Shown: one piece after another, positions 12,877 to 26,472 of the stretch
Position numbering within the stretch: position 1 is the stretch's first letter
How the letters are laid out: the number at the start of each line of letters is the position of its first letter
From: the human T2T-CHM13v2.0 reference genome, Homo sapiens
Assembly (NCBI RefSeq): GCF_009914755.1
Contig: NC_060930.1
Length of the DNA: 64,000 bases
Reading direction: 5' to 3' (one strand)
Notes under the pieces: model-generated
Databases searched by the model: none
Told to the model about the DNA's origin: nothing
Seen by the model: only the letters and a program-made list of their open reading frames with translations
Position numbers and translations under genes: made by a program

Positions 12877-13175
12877 CAGGTGGTAGCTCGCACCTGTAAT
12901 CACAGCACTTTGGGAGGCCAAGGCAGGAAGAACCTTTGAGCCCAGAATTTAGACCGGCCTGGACAATATAGTGATACCCCATCCCTACAAAAATTAAAAA
13001 TATTAGCTGGGCATGCTGGCAAACACCTGTGGTCCCAGCTTCCCAGGGAGGCTGAGGCAAGAGGATCACTTGGAGCCAGGAGGTAGAGGCTGCAGTCAGC
13101 TATAATCACACCACTGCACCCCAACCTGAGCAACAGAGCAAGACCTTGTCTCAAAACAACCAACCAAACACAAAC
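12877..13175 (+). mobile_element. Alu (AluJ-type, diverged)
   Basis: cacctgtaatcacagcactttgggaggcc...gagcaagaccttgtctcaaaa. Confidence 0.93.
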
Positions 13176-13364
13176 ATGAGCATAGCAGTTGCTGGAAGGG
13201 TGAAATCAACTCTACCTATGTAAGTCTACTTAGTATCTCTTCTGAATCAATACATTAGTTTTTAAAATTATAATGTAATTTAATGTAATGTAAGTCACCA
13301 CAGTGAAAATTTAAAGCTCCATCAAGCTGTTCTCAGAGATCTCTGTTGCACCTGTGGCGAACCC

Positions 13365-13530
13365 CAGTGCTTCTGAATCCTGGCTGCACATTGGAATCAC
13401 GTGGAAAGCTTTGACAAAATACCCACACTCAGGCTCCATCCACAGAGACTCCGATTTAGGGTAGGGGTCTTATCTCTATTTAGAAGTGTTTCAGATGACT
13501 CTAATACACAACCAGGGCTAAGAACCACTG
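13365..13530. mobile_element. MER5-type hAT DNA transposon relic
   Basis: Termini cagtgcttct...agaaccactg; ggctgcacattggaatcac. Confidence 0.8.
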
Positions 13531-15448
13531 AGTAATAGGAAGAGCATGAGCTTTGGGACAAAAAGTTGATTGTGGCATTAACAGCTAGGTCACCTTGGGA
13601 AGGCCACTTCATTTCTCTAAGCATGCATTTCCTCATTCACACCATGGGCAGAATTGTATCTACACAAAGAGTTGATAGAAGGATTAAAATTAAATAAGAG
13701 GAAGTTACTCAAAAGCGCAATAACTAAAACACATATAAAGCCCTCACTAAAGATTTGTTCTTTTCTATTCACCCATCTCAATCTTTCCTTCCTCTCATGA
13801 GGTCTCATTTAGCACTTTTGAGGATTAATTGTTGTTCTCATTCTTAGCACCTGGTCTTGCTCATCTTTGTATCTCCCACCATAATTTTGACAAAGAAGGG
13901 ACTCAGTTTGTGCTGTAGAATAAAATATTTAACCAGAAGAATAATTAAACACATAAGTGATTCACCATTCCTTTATAATATGCTACTTCTCAATGCACTG
14001 ACCAGCAAAATAGAATTACTAAAAGAGCCAACCCTTTGGAACCCGACACTACAATGAAGCACCAGGACAAGCACAAATAGCACTGGAATATACACACCAG
14101 TCACCCCTGGTTTAGCAGCCACATCCTGTATCAAGAACACTACGATACAGGGAGAACCACGACTTGCAGTAAATGGCCATGGAGACCATCCACATGACCA
14201 GTCTACCAGTGTGGAAATGAACGATCCCTGCTCTGTGGCTTGACTGAGACTGACAGGATGTGGTGAAGGGATAATGTACTTGCAAGTTACTTGAGGAGAA
14301 CTGCTGCTTTATAGAGACAGTAGAACAAAATATCAGAATATCTTAGCCCTCCTGAGAAAATAGCAGGTGTCTTGTGAGGAAGACTGTCAGGGAAAAGGTG
14401 GAGTCACTACAGCACCAAGCTAATAGCATCGAAAGTGTCAAACTGAAGGAGAGTCTTTCCTAATGCAAAGTAACTTCATCACTTGTGTTTCAACTCATCT
14501 CTACAGTGATAAATCACTGAACATTCAATTTAAATAAAAAATACAAACCCATATGTGTCTAAGGTTCAGGTAGAAAATGCTTTTGCTTGCAGAATTTTAT
14601 GAGGAAAGAGGTCTCTAAGATTTCCTTCCAGCCCAATGTCATCCAACGACTATGTGGAAAGATGGACTGCAACCCCTTTTTTGTCCTGCCCCTGTTTACC
14701 TGTAGAGCAGCTATGAATATACTTACTTTTATTTCACCATGTACATTGTCCTCCCCTTCCCCTTTGATATTGGCAGATTTGATTTTTACAAGCAATTGCT
14801 AGACTCCTTCTCAGCTTTCTACTTTTATTTTATTAGGCAAGTCTAACTAGTAGGCATATTTTTCCTTCACACCTATACAATGGAAACTGTAGCACCTACC
14901 AGATGGGTAACACGAAGGTCACTCTGTACACCCTAATGCCTATACAAGTCTAATTGTTTATTTTCTCTATCAAACCAACAACAATTTGTTCCTAAATGTA
15001 TCCCCCAACTTCTCCCTTGCCTTACCTTGAATATAATTTACTATGTCTAGGAAAAAAAATGGCTTCTCTTATAATGTGGTAAGAATAAGACTGATGATAC
15101 ACAGGATGTTTAGATACTACCATAGAAAAAAACAATACTTACGTAGCTTCCTCTGAATTAGGAAAAAGCCTGTATACAGCACACTAAACTTTAAATTTGA
15201 TGGATATTGCTTCAAAAGGCACATTGAATATTTAAATTAAGAACGTGAGTGAATTCAGAGAAAAAATAAGCTACATATATATAGGTGGTATGTAGACATA
15301 GCGAATATTACACAGTTGGGATGCGGATGACTGAACTTTGGGAAACACTGCTGTAGAATATTTGTACTGACAGGTCTGCAAGTTGGCTTCTTATCCATTT
15401 GGTTCCTTGGCTCTCCAACAGGGCCTTACTATTACTAGCTGAAAGCCT

Positions 15449-16837
15449 AATGGTATAAAAAATTAGTACTGAGGTGAGTCAGAAAAGCAAACACTTCTTT
15501 CCTAGTATCAACTCTCACAGCACAAAATACTTCTATGACCAAATACATGAATTTTTCACACACAGCAAGCAAGCAATCAGTTTTGCAACAGACACCAGCT
15601 GATTGTCTTCTAATTCCATTCAATTCTGACACTATTTACCTGGTGGTAGCAACAGATCCCACAGATTGAGGGCTCAATCCCACAATGCTGCCTTCCACTT
15701 CATATGCCAATCGAAAGCCCCGTGTTGTTTTATCTGTGCTTTTGACCAACTGGCTATAAATCGGGGTCCTTATGACCCCGTCCGCGGCACTAATTTGCTG
15801 GAATGGCTCACAGAACTCAGGGAGATATTTACTTACGCTCACCAGTTTATTATAAAGGATGTTACAAAGTTTACAGATGAAGAACTGCATAAGGCAAGGT
15901 ATGTGGGAAGGGGTGCCAAGGTTCCAAGCTTCCATGCCCTCCCTGGTCATGCCACCCTCCAGGAACCTCTAAACTTCAGCTCTACAGAAGCTCTCTGAAC
16001 CCAGTCCTTGTGGTTTTTATGGAAGCTTCATTATGTAGGCGTGATTGATTAAATCATTTGTCACTGGTGACCAAGTTAACCTTCAGTCTCTCTCCCCTCC
16101 CCAGAGGTTGGAGGTGAGGCTGAAAAGACTGTAATCAAGCCTTGGTCCTTCTGGTGACCAGCCCAATCCCGAAGCTACCTAGGGGCTGCCAGCTACCAGT
16201 CAACTCATTAGCATACAAAAAGACGCTTATTGCTTTGGGGATTCCAAGGATTCTACGAGTTGTATGCTAGGAAACTGGGAGGAAGACCAAATATGTATTT
16301 TACAATATTGTTATCAAGCAGATGGGCTCACTGCCCACTGTGCACCGAAGCCAATAACTATGGCACCAGCTTTTCAGAAAAGAAAGATTGTATTGCAAAA
16401 TCAGCCAGCAAAGAGACCGGAATTGGGCTTAAATTTGCCTCCTGGATTTGGGGATTGGGGCAAGTTTTAAGGGATCAGAGGGCAAGGGACGGGATTTAGG
16501 GATGTTAGTTTGGCAGAATCTGATTGGACAGCTTCAAATTTGACCATTTATGGTAAGGTATGTTGAGGCAGATTTTTGCCCTGGATATTCCAGGCTAATG
16601 GACTTCCATGCTTCTGAAAGAGTTCAGGTTCTGGTCATGTCCCGGTCTTCTTGGTTCCACCCAGGGGGTGGAATTGTTGGTTCCAGCTGTTGTTACAAGT
16701 CAAAGCTTTTTCTGTTATGCGTGCCTAGGCTGCATGACTTGCAGTTTTGGGCTCTGTTATACCTTAAAGGTAACTTGACATTTTGTTATCAACAGAGTAG
16801 GCCCTGTTTGGGCTGGTTCCACAGTTATACTATCACA
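15449..16837 (-). mobile_element. MER21(C-like) LTR interrupted near its end by a second LTR
   Basis: caattctgacactatttacctgg...agatcccacagattgagggctca; terminal tatcaca resumes at 16831-16837. Confidence 0.8.
16309..16829 (-). mobile_element. ERV1-class solo LTR nested in MER21
   Basis: tgttatc...gttata termini; imperfect 4-bp TSD atat/ctat. Confidence 0.7.
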
Positions 16838-17059
16838 TGAGGTTTTAAAATTTTAGTAAAATTAAGATTAAATTAAACAAAACGTATTCCATAAATCTAG
16901 AAGACTAATTAATACAAACATGATCTTGTCTATCCATTACAGAAAATCACAAGACATGGATTAGGATATACATATAAAAATAAGCCAAAGATTTTAGGGC
17001 TGTAGTAAATTTATACTTGAAGCACTTTTTGGTAGCTGTTTGAGGCTTCAAAATGAACA

Positions 17060-17560
17060 ATTAGGCACATCCACAGGGGTCAGGATTAGAGATGTTCACT
17101 GCAGCCTTGTTTATAATAGAGAAAAGCTGATTACAATCAAAGTGCCCATCGGTGGGGCTGAGATAAACGCTGGTTTATTAACATGTTAGAATGCTACTCA
17201 TCTGTTATAATGAATGAATGAGATCATATGTATCAATAGAGATGGATATTAAAAACAATGCTGAGTGGAAAAAACAAGTCATAGTATGTTATTTATGAGA
17301 TAAAGCTATTTATGGAATTTGTTTCAAATATTCAATAATATATTGTTTATGATTCCACATATGCAGTAAAAGTACAATAATATAAACTGAAAATATAAAT
17401 ACTAAATTCTTGAGAGTGGCTCCCTCTGGGTGGAAATAGGAAATATAGGGGATTTCTTCTTTGTAAATTTTTTAATTTCTTTCATTTTGGGTACCTGGTA
17501 CATGAAGGCTTGGTGTATTCTACTTTATTATGTTTTCTGTATTTATTCTTTTGAAGTAAA
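17060..17560 (+). mobile_element. Ancient L1M 3' fragment
   Basis: gatgttcactgcagccttgtttataatag...aatgctgagtggaaaaaacaagtca. Confidence 0.7.
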
Positions 17561-18438
17561 AAAATAGGCCAGGTAGGCAAAAACGGTATATGCTCAGAAA
17601 TGTAATGGTGAACATCATTTTGCAAAAATGCTCTTGAAGTTAGGGAAAAAAAATCAGCATTACATATCTTCTAGAGACTATGTTTAATTTAAGAATTGTG
17701 TAGGTATTCAGAGATCTTGGTAAACACTAAAAGGATGCACAATGCTGAGACTCCTCTGAAGTCTCATTAGTGATATAACTCCTTTCTTAAGTATTACTTC
17801 TCAAATTATATTTTCCAAAAACACTCTTTATATGTCACATACAGATCTCTCTTCAAGGTTTTTGACCAGAACCTCTTAGACATTTCTAAGCTACTGCTGT
17901 CACCACATCTACAAGAATGCCTTATTTGCCCACAGCCAATCATCTAAGTAGCATTATAAACCCTGGAAACAGCTGAGAGACTCGTTTTGCTTCATATAAC
18001 TGCTGACTCTGCCCACCTAAACAAAGAAAAAAGTGCCTGAAATAAAATGAGTCTGGATTATTGTGCCAGTTAAACAGTCTGATGTCTTTGAGATCACACA
18101 CAAAAAAAATTGGTTTTGGCACACCAGAACAAAATTATAATTTTTCTCCTCTAGATAGATATTCTTTCCTGGAAAAATAATTAACTTTGTTTCACATTAC
18201 ATTTAAGTATCATAATGAAATATATGGATTTCTAAAAGACATAAAGCCATTGTGAAGTACTGACAAACACATTATCATAAAAATAGCCTAAGTAGATTCA
18301 GAACTTTGCATTGTCTGTTGGATGCTAATAGATAAATTGTATAGTTAGCAGGAGAGCAAGCAATCATTCTGTATCTGACAGTCACAATAATGCTTCTCTA
18401 ACCATCTGCAAAATCTCTCTTCTGCTTTGTCTTGAAAG

Positions 18439-18501
18439 GGTGAAACTGGACTACCAGGATTTCCAGGGTCTGTTGGCCCTAAAGGACAAAAAGGAGAACC
18501 T
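18439..18501 (+). CDS. COL19A1: Exon, 63 nt, GETGLPGFPGSVGPKGQKGEP
   Basis: aaag|GGT...CCT|gtaagt; 7 Gly-X-Y triplets. Confidence 0.96.
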
Positions 18502-18634
18502 GTAAGTATTTTAGCTTTGAGGACAGAGGAAGAATATCTAAAAAACGGGATTAAAAATACGTTTCCAAATCAGCCCCAATTCCACGTGCCTTGGTTGATC
18601 CTGTCATGGGAAACAACAGATCAGATCTTCAAGC

Positions 18635-18870
18635 AAGTACTAGCTACGCTATGCACTAAGTCTCTTACATGTATTTACACACTTAATCCATAAAAAGTTT
18701 CCATAAGGTCATCTATTATCACCTGCATACTTCAAATGATGAAAGTAAGGCATAAAGAGGTTAAAAAACTTTGCCCAAAGTCACACAGTACTAAGCATTG
18801 GAGCTGTGAATCACACCTAGGTGAGTTGATTCTAGAACCTAAAGTTTAAAATCACAAAGCTCCTCTGGTA
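18635..18870 (-). mobile_element. MIR
   Basis: aaagaggttaaaaaactttgcccaaagtcacacag. Confidence 0.75.
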
Positions 18871-19890
18871 TAACTAAACACTGCAGCTAAAATAATAAAA
18901 TCAATGTATCAAAAGACTAGTACAAATTTATCCAAAAGAAATTGGAAACACATCTTTCTGCTCAAACAACTGTTCTCAGTGTACCTTCTGAAGTTATTTT
19001 TCTTTCTTGATTTTTGTATGATCAAAGTGGCTTCCCAACCACTTTTTGGTATTACTGTGGCCAGTTTCTTTCAAAATGTAGTTCTTTTTGTGGGGAAAAA
19101 GAGAAAAACCCTACAGTATCATTTATATTCAAATAGGACCACCTAAAGTGATTAGAGAAATCATAGGTACAAAAAATGACTTGTTTTAATGCTTCTTTTA
19201 AAAAAGCAGTTTTCAAGAATCAGTGAGAATCAGGCTTAACAAATGTTTCATCTTTGTTTAAAGAAAAGTAATACATCTTATTAAACCACTCTACCCCTTT
19301 CTTTACGAGACTGAATAAAGGATATTGGTTTATCAGGGGATAAAACATGAAGAGGTCACTAAATTGCCTGCATGACAAACAGGAACATTATTTAAAGTAT
19401 TCAGTGTTACAAAGCCAAATTTTCCCTATGCTTCAGCTTTAAAAAATTAACAATGACAGTAATTTTTGCAGCTTTAGAATCAGTCTGTGGCCTATGTACC
19501 CCAGTTCTTCTACCTTCAGGAGTCGTGCTTGCCCTTAGTATTCAGTTCAAGCCTTCTTACACAACTACAGGATTTGGCAGTCTTTAATGAGGTTCTCCAA
19601 CTGAGTATTTGCAATAATGTCTGGAAAATCTCATGTCTCAGAAATCCAGCCTGGTGCATGCCCCTGGTACCTGCCAACTCTCTAGGTGCTCCACACTTGG
19701 AGGTTCCTCTTACCATCTCTTAGCTGCTTCTCTAGGTCTCCACTGTCTTCCCTCCAAACCTGAACACTGACACCAACCTTCTCTTAATTTCCACATGATG
19801 CATGGAGGACCCTGCAGTAAGATTAATAAAAATTTTACTGGAAAATCGAGGATTTTTAGAGCAGAAAGGAGAAACTTTCAGTGAGTTAGA

Positions 19891-20038
19891 GCGGTGCTTC
19901 TCAAATGTGAACATGCACTTGAATCCCACTGATTCTAAGTCAGTAGGTTTGGAAGCAGGACCAGAGAGTCTGTGTTTCTCATAAGCTCTCAGTAATGCTG
20001 GTGTTATTGGTCCATGGACCACACTTTAAGCAGCAAGG
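19891..20038. mobile_element. MER5A-type relic
   Basis: gtgcttctcaaa...ggtccatggaccacactttaagcagca. Confidence 0.75.
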
Positions 20039-20881
20039 GTTGAAGGAGTTCATAGTTCCTAGGAGTCATAGGCCTTTTCCTCCTGCAGGGATTTCCTCTG
20101 GCTTTCTTTCTGGCTAACTTTCAAGGGCAGTCCATGTATCTCATGAGGACTGCCTTTAGCCCTGTTTTCCTTAAATAGAGCTTCTTTTCCTCCTAACTCT
20201 TCTCCATACCAGGTCCCTATTCATCCCTTAATTATCCCACCACCCCATACATCTTTACTTGCCACCTTCCTCTACCCCTACATTAAAACAACGCAAATTT
20301 TACATTATTACGGAGAGCAGTTTAGCTTTTTATGGTCTCAAACTTTCTCTTCCAGAACAGGATGTAGACTTTACTTTGCATAATAATCAGAAGGCCCAAA
20401 CAGAAGAGTAGTATTCATTCAAAGGTAAATTCTGAACCACTGATCCCGAATGGTAACTAAAATGGCAAATTTTCCCCCACCATAGGACATTCAGAATATG
20501 GTTTGATGTGTAACACATCAGAGCTAAAATATACTTAAGATCACCTAGTTGAACCCCATGATTTTATAGATAAAGAAAGGGGAGCTCTAAAAGATTAAGT
20601 GACTTGCCTCAAATAGTAGCCATTGGAGCCAGGACTAAATATCAAGTATCTAGACAACTAGGCTCCCGGGTTTTTCTCTTTTTTTTTTTTTCTTTTATAA
20701 CCAGTTACTTTAGTCAATGTGGCCACTAAACTTTACAGTGGCTGTAAATAAGCAATGACATGAGCAGTGTCATATAAGCAAAAACAAGCAGGGAAATAAG
20801 AATATAAATAAAGCCTTGATCTAATATATAGAAATCAACCACTATTAAGATAGTTCATCATGTTGGGTAGATATGGGTATA

Positions 20882-21205
20882 TAGTTGTCCCTTGGTATCT
20901 GTGGGGGATGGGTTCCAGGACTCTCAGAGGATACCAAAATCTGAGGATGCTCAAGTCCCTAATATAAAATGGCCTATTTTTATTTGCATATCACCTATGC
21001 ATTCTCCTGTATACTTCAAATCATTTCCAGATTACTTATAATATATATTACAATGTAAGTGCTATGTAAATAGTTGTTATACTGTATTATTTTTAAAATT
21101 TGTATAATTTTTATTGCTGTATTATTTTTTATTGTTTTTCTTTTTCAAATATTTTTTATCCACAATTGCTTGAATCCATGGACACAGAACTTACAGATAT
21201 GGTTA
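20882..21205. mobile_element. MER2 (TcMar-Tigger) relic
   Basis: gttgtcccttggtatctgtgggggatgggttccaggac...ggataccaaaatctgaggatgctcaagtccct. Confidence 0.88.
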
Positions 21206-21707
21206 ACCTCTTCAAGTCATTTTCATTAAAGTAAAAATAAAAACTAGGAAACTATTTTTAAAATAATGAGTTTGTATATTTAAGCACACAATTAACCAAC
21301 TGGAAGAATTCAAGTGAATGTCTTTCCCTTCAACGTTTTTATCAATTTCTTGCTGTCATTCCCATTTCACATTCAATTGGATGTGTGTGTGTGATCGTTT
21401 TCTATGTGGACTAGGCAATAGGAAGCTTTGGCCTTGGGCAGCATTCCAATTTGTCAGCCACTTGGGATTTTATAAATGATGTTAGAATGATTAACTCATT
21501 GTTCATTTGGGAATATAAAGGAGTTTTTAAATTAATTATCATATATTTCCTTTAAGCTGCAAAGACAGACTGTGTGACACTCTGGGTATTTTTGGAGGTC
21601 TGTTTGCAATGGGAATCTGAGTTTGGCCTATAGGGTTTATCCACACCCCGGTTTGGAGAGTTTATTTCTAAGAGCGTTTAATTCTATTTTCTACCCCTTC
21701 TCCTTAG

Positions 21708-21743
21708 GGAGAGCCTTTTACAAAAGGAGAAAAAGGAGATAGA
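21708..21743 (+). CDS. COL19A1: Exon, 36 nt, GEPFTKGEKGDR
   Basis: ttag|GGA...AGA|gtaagt; helix imperfection FTK. Confidence 0.94.
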
Positions 21744-22646
21744 GTAAGTAGATATTTTATCACTACCTTGGGTTTTCTACTTCATTGATTTGTTTCTCTC
21801 TGATTTTCTGGTATGTTTACTTTGGAGTCTAATAGATTTGATTAAATAAGGTCCATGAGCATTTTACTTTTTCCTCTGTGATTTTTAACTCTTTTATTTT
21901 GATAAATAAGAAATTTTAAGCCTTGTTAACTGTTGTCATGCAAGGAGACTTCAACATTGGTTTGAGTTTTCTAATACATTGTTTAACCAGTTACTAATAG
22001 TGATTGGACATGAATGTTATACAAGACATCCATGTAGGATATCAAAAATATAAAATTAAAATAAAAGATACATTTTTTTCCAAAAATTCTGTTAATGGCA
22101 CAAAGTGGATTTATCAAATATATTAATAAGTCACAGAAAATTTAAAAAGCAAACTTATTATAGCCAGTATCATCCTCTTTTGTATAACCTTAATTTTGTT
22201 GTGATTTTTTTCATTAAGCACATATAACTAACCATTAAGCACATATAACTAAAAGTAGAATCACCAACACATATTACCTTAAATTCTACTCTCCCTCATT
22301 CTTTCTCTGAAGTTTTAATTCTCTGGGACATGAGATTAGTTGGTGTCAAATTATAACTATGTCAGCTAAGTAGAGAATGCAGTGATTGCTAATGGGACAT
22401 GATAATTAGTGTCAAAAATGGCATTGGGGGAAAAATTATTATAATGAAGAAATCAAGAAAGTATTATTTATTAGTAGTAAGTATTTTGAATCATGTTTTA
22501 GAATGAACTCTCCTTGATTTTATTGTGTCTTCCATAATTTCCCTTTTTATTGTATGTTAATTAGTAGAAATTCAATTAAAGTATCAGAGATGTCCATTTC
22601 CATCTGAATTTAAGCATTACCCTTATAGTAATTATTTTATTTACAG

Positions 22647-22682
22647 GGAGAACCTGGGGTAATAGGATCACAGGGAGTAAAG
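22647..22682 (+). CDS. COL19A1: Exon, 36 nt, GEPGVIGSQGVK
   Basis: acag|GGA...AAG|gtaatt. Confidence 0.95.
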
Positions 22683-22776
22683 GTAATTTCCTGGCATTCT
22701 TCAATTTCCTCTCCAACCTTAATGAGATTATGAAAATTAAAGAAACATTGATCTTTCCTTCCCCCCACGTGTTTAG

Positions 22777-22830
22777 GGTGAACCTGGAGATCCCGGACCC
22801 CCTGGTTTAATAGGAAGCCCAGGACTAAAG
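22777..22830 (+). CDS. COL19A1: Exon, 54 nt, GEPGDPGPPGLIGSPGLK
   Basis: ttag|GGT...AAG|gtatat. Confidence 0.96.
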
Positions 22831-23520
22831 GTATATAAGAAATAACTAAGATTTCTTGGGAAATAATTTGGGAATTGTAGCCATTCTGTGTAAAACATGG
22901 TGCTTTGGTATGCCACTCATTTTCTTCACAAATGCTCTCCAAGACTTTATCCTGTTTCCATGGTGATTTTCCCCACTGGCTGCATTTATTACACGCATAG
23001 TAACTGTCTTTTGGTTTTCACAATAGGATTTCTATACTCTTTTTCAGAGCATATTCACAATAGCATCCCTAAAAGCCTTAAGAGTAAACAATGTGAGCTA
23101 AATCTACGACCTTGAGCTATATTCTAAAAGGAACAGAATTCAAGTTTCAGTTTCTAAACCAAAATTATGCAACGTTGAGTTGCTTGAGTTTCCCAAGTGG
23201 GATTCCACAGGAGTGTCCCAAGAGAGCAGCTTTTGGAAAATGCAGGAGAAATTAATGTGGTGTACTCCCAGACAATGGGTAGGGCAAGTTACCAGGTATC
23301 ACCTGCTGGTGAGAACACATAAATTAAAAGTATCTGGAAACTATCTTGGTAATCACAAAGCACATTTCAGTATTATACAGATAAAGTGGGAAAGTGGGAT
23401 GGTGGAAAGTTGGTCTTCCTATACATGAAGATCACACTATTCTTTACAAATACTCAGGTACAATCTATCTTTTTTTTTCTTTTTTAGCAAAGCTAAAGTA
23501 TATACCACCTTTTATTTTAG

Positions 23521-23574
23521 GGTCAGCAAGGATCTGCAGGCTCCATGGGACCCAGAGGACCGCCAGGAGATGTT
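23521..23574 (+). CDS. COL19A1: Exon, 54 nt, GQQGSAGSMGPRGPPGDV
   Basis: ttag|GGT...GTT|gtatgt. Confidence 0.96.
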
Positions 23575-24963
23575 GTATGTATAATGTCTTTGATATTTCT
23601 GGAATTGAAATTGAGACTAGGACATGTTTTTAAAAACATCAACATGTGTTCAAGTAACTGAGTTATCCCTCATTTCCCAAAGACATGGGTCATCTATGCC
23701 ACAAAAACTGATCATACCTAATGTCAGGAGCTATTGGGAAGACTAGACCCTTCATATAATCATGTGAGGTCCTTTTGAGTATCATTAGCCTAATAAATTG
23801 GTTTTTGGAGCTCAAGTTAATCAAATTGTCATTTTGGACATGCTTGTCAGTGCTGTACCAGCAGTAGAGGAGATTGGAAATGTCAAAAGAAATAAAGAAC
23901 ACCAAAAGAGAAAGCAAACATTTTCAATATTCACAGTTTTTAGTTCAAGTCTCCATCTAAGGAAGACATTTCGAAAGCTTCTATCATTTTCTAGCAAAAG
24001 CCTTCCAAAAAAAGCAAGTCTTTTGGCTAAAAGTATGTCTGGAGGAAGATCGACAGATTGCATTATAACCTAGCTTTAGTGGACTTAAAATACTCAATAC
24101 ACCTTTCTATTCATTATCCGGATCAGCTTTTTGTTCCTTGGACAACTTTCTAGCCTTCTGACAACTTGGGAGCTGCGAGCTCTCCATCAGTTCACACTTG
24201 AGCAAAATAAGAAAAATCCTTGGCCATAACTCCTTGGAGACTGATCACTATCTGACTATGATTAGAGTTCCCTCCAGGCAACTCTTAGGATCTCTCCTTT
24301 TTTCATGCCCTGGGAACAGCCCCTTAACCTCACATTCTATTCTCCATGCTCACCGCTTGAGCCTCTCCTGTCTACTAGTCGGTGCACATATTCTGCTTGG
24401 TACTTTGAACACCCAGTTTATAGAGCAAAGCTTTTGATCACTCCCCTATGCCAAGTAATGGGCCACTGTAGATAAACCTAGTGGACAGATCTTATGAAAA
24501 GAGAGATAATCCTGGTGGCACAAGTGGAGCCACAATGCTCAAAAACTGAGACTAAGTGATAGTGGCCAGAGCTATAAAAAGAACAAAATCTAAAGGGAAA
24601 GAGCCACTGTTTCTAAAACATAGTAAAAATATATTTTTCTAGTTGCCCTAGAGTTCTTTGGAATCATTATGTGATGCTGCCAACCACCATCCTTCCTCGA
24701 TGGCAATAATATGGGTGAGACGTTCGGTTCAATTCGACTTTAGTTTCTTTCCTATGGCATCCAGGTGGCTTCACTTGAAACAACAAACCACGTAGAATCA
24801 CTAATATTTTTCCAGGTCTTAAAGGCCAAAATCAATCCAACTCCTTCTATTAATAGGTTATATGTTAAAATTCTGTTCTCTTGACAGAGATTCACAGATA
24901 TAGGGAAATGTTATTGTAAGAGATGTTCTCATTACTCTTTCCTATTAACTCTGAGTTTTCTAG

Positions 24964-25017
24964 GGATTGCCAGGAGAACATGGTATCCCAGGAAAACAAG
25001 GCATTAAAGGAGAAAAG
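24964..25017 (+). CDS. COL19A1: Exon, 54 nt, GLPGEHGIPGKQGIKGEK
   Basis: ctag|GGA...AAG|gtatag. Confidence 0.96.
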
Positions 25018-25101
25018 GTATAGTTTACATTTTCCTCATTTTATATGTTAAGTAGATAGGAGGAAGAGACAGAGGATCATAAGGGAGATGAAAGGACAGC
25101 C

Positions 25102-25184
25102 CAGGGCTTCTGGGATTGTACAGATTGTGCACATTAACTACAATGTAAATGGCACCCCCTAGAGTTGTGCATTTGGCAGCCCTG
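25102..25184. mobile_element. MER91-like hAT relic
   Basis: Inverted termini cagggct/agccctg; ggcaccccctagagttgtgca. Confidence 0.65.
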
Positions 25185-25521
25185 GTTCTGGCACAGGAAT
25201 GCCATGTGACAAAATGAACTGACAGATGAAGATATCAGGAGTCTGAAAGTCAAGCTCAGTTACCAATCCTGGTATAAACCTAAGAAGTCTCTTAATCTTG
25301 CAGGATCTGTTTCTTGATATCTACATGGAAACAGTGCATTAACGTTGAACCATTATTGGAGAATAACTTAAAGAAAACATAAAGATCGTCTATAGAAATT
25401 TATTAATAGATATGCCCTTTTGTGCATACACATGCATATGTTTCATGATACTGCTAACATAACTAACTGCAAAATCTAAATGCACTGAACAGGCATGAAT
25501 TAGGTACTCAATAAATATTAT

Positions 25522-25565
25522 TGAGTGAGTTGGTGAGTGAGTGAGTGAGTGAGTGAATGAATGAA
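25522..25565. repeat. (TGAG)n/(TGAA)n simple repeat at a MIR/L2 tail
   Basis: gagtgagtgagtgagtgagtgaatgaatgaa. Confidence 0.85.
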
Positions 25566-25671
25566 GTTTGACTGGCTATGATGACAACTTAAAACAATGG
25601 AAACCACTACCTCCTCACTTCCCACCATGAACCTGAGCATCAAAGTAAGAATCTTACCTTGTTTTCTACAG

Positions 25672-25761
25672 GGAGATCCGGGTGGGATCATAGGCCCTCC
25701 CGGGCTTCCAGGTCCAAAAGGTGAGGCTGGTCCTCCAGGGAAAAGCCTGCCAGGGGAACCA
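25672..25761 (+). CDS. COL19A1: Exon, 90 nt, GDPGGIIGPPGLPGPKGEAGPPGKSLPGEP
   Basis: acag|GGA...CCA|gtaagt; two helix imperfections (GGII, GKSLP). Confidence 0.96.
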
Positions 25762-25877
25762 GTAAGTATTAGCCCTTTTGTTAATATTTTTCTTGCAAGT
25801 TCATTAATTACTACTTGTGGGTTCCTAGTTTCAGATCACAAGTATGGGAATAAGTTTAGGTCTGCAAAAAAAGGAAA

Positions 25878-26447
25878 AAAGAACTTAAAACAGAACTACC
25901 ATTTGACCTAGCAATCCCACTACTGGGTTTCTTTTCCCAAAAGAAAATAAATAGTTCTACAAAAAAGACAGATGTATTCGTATGTTCATTGCAACTCTAT
26001 TCATAGTAGCAATGAGATGGATTCAACCTACATGCCCATCTACAATAGACTAGATAAAGAAAATGTGATACATACAACCATGGAATACTATGCAGCCATA
26101 AAAAGGACAAAATCATGTCCTTTGCAGCAACATGGATATAGCTAGAGGCCATTATCCTAAGCAAATTAATGCAGAAACAGAAAACGAAATACTACATGTC
26201 CTCACTTATAAGTGGGAGCTAAACATTGGTTGCACACCAACATAGTAGAGATGGGAGCAAAAGACATGGGGGACTACTGATGGGGGAGAGTTGAAGGGAG
26301 GCAAGGTTGAAAAACTGTCAGGCACTATGCTTACTTCCTTGGGTAGTGGGATCATTCACACAATAAACCTGAGCAACATGCAATTTACTCATGTAATAAA
26401 CCTGTACATATACCCCTGAACCTAAAATAAAAGTCAGGGGAAAAAAG
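25878..26447 (+). mobile_element. L1 3' end (older L1PA/L1PB)
   Basis: cagaactaccatttgacctagcaatcccactactggg...cccctgaacctaaaataaaag. Confidence 0.9.
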
Positions 26448-26472
26448 AAATATTCATCTATTCATCTTATTG

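Noticed and set aside
14030-14460. Balanced-composition unique stretch that might be a processed pseudogene or ERV internal fragment
   Set aside because: No ORF, poly(A)/TSD or recognisable homology by eye; a BLAST/Dfam search would be needed.
25597-25911. 104-aa ORF with ATG and a collagen stretch, suggesting a separate mini-collagen or internal start
   Set aside because: It is the 90-nt exon plus flanking intron read in frame; canonical splice sites bound the collagen part and no promoter evidence is visible.
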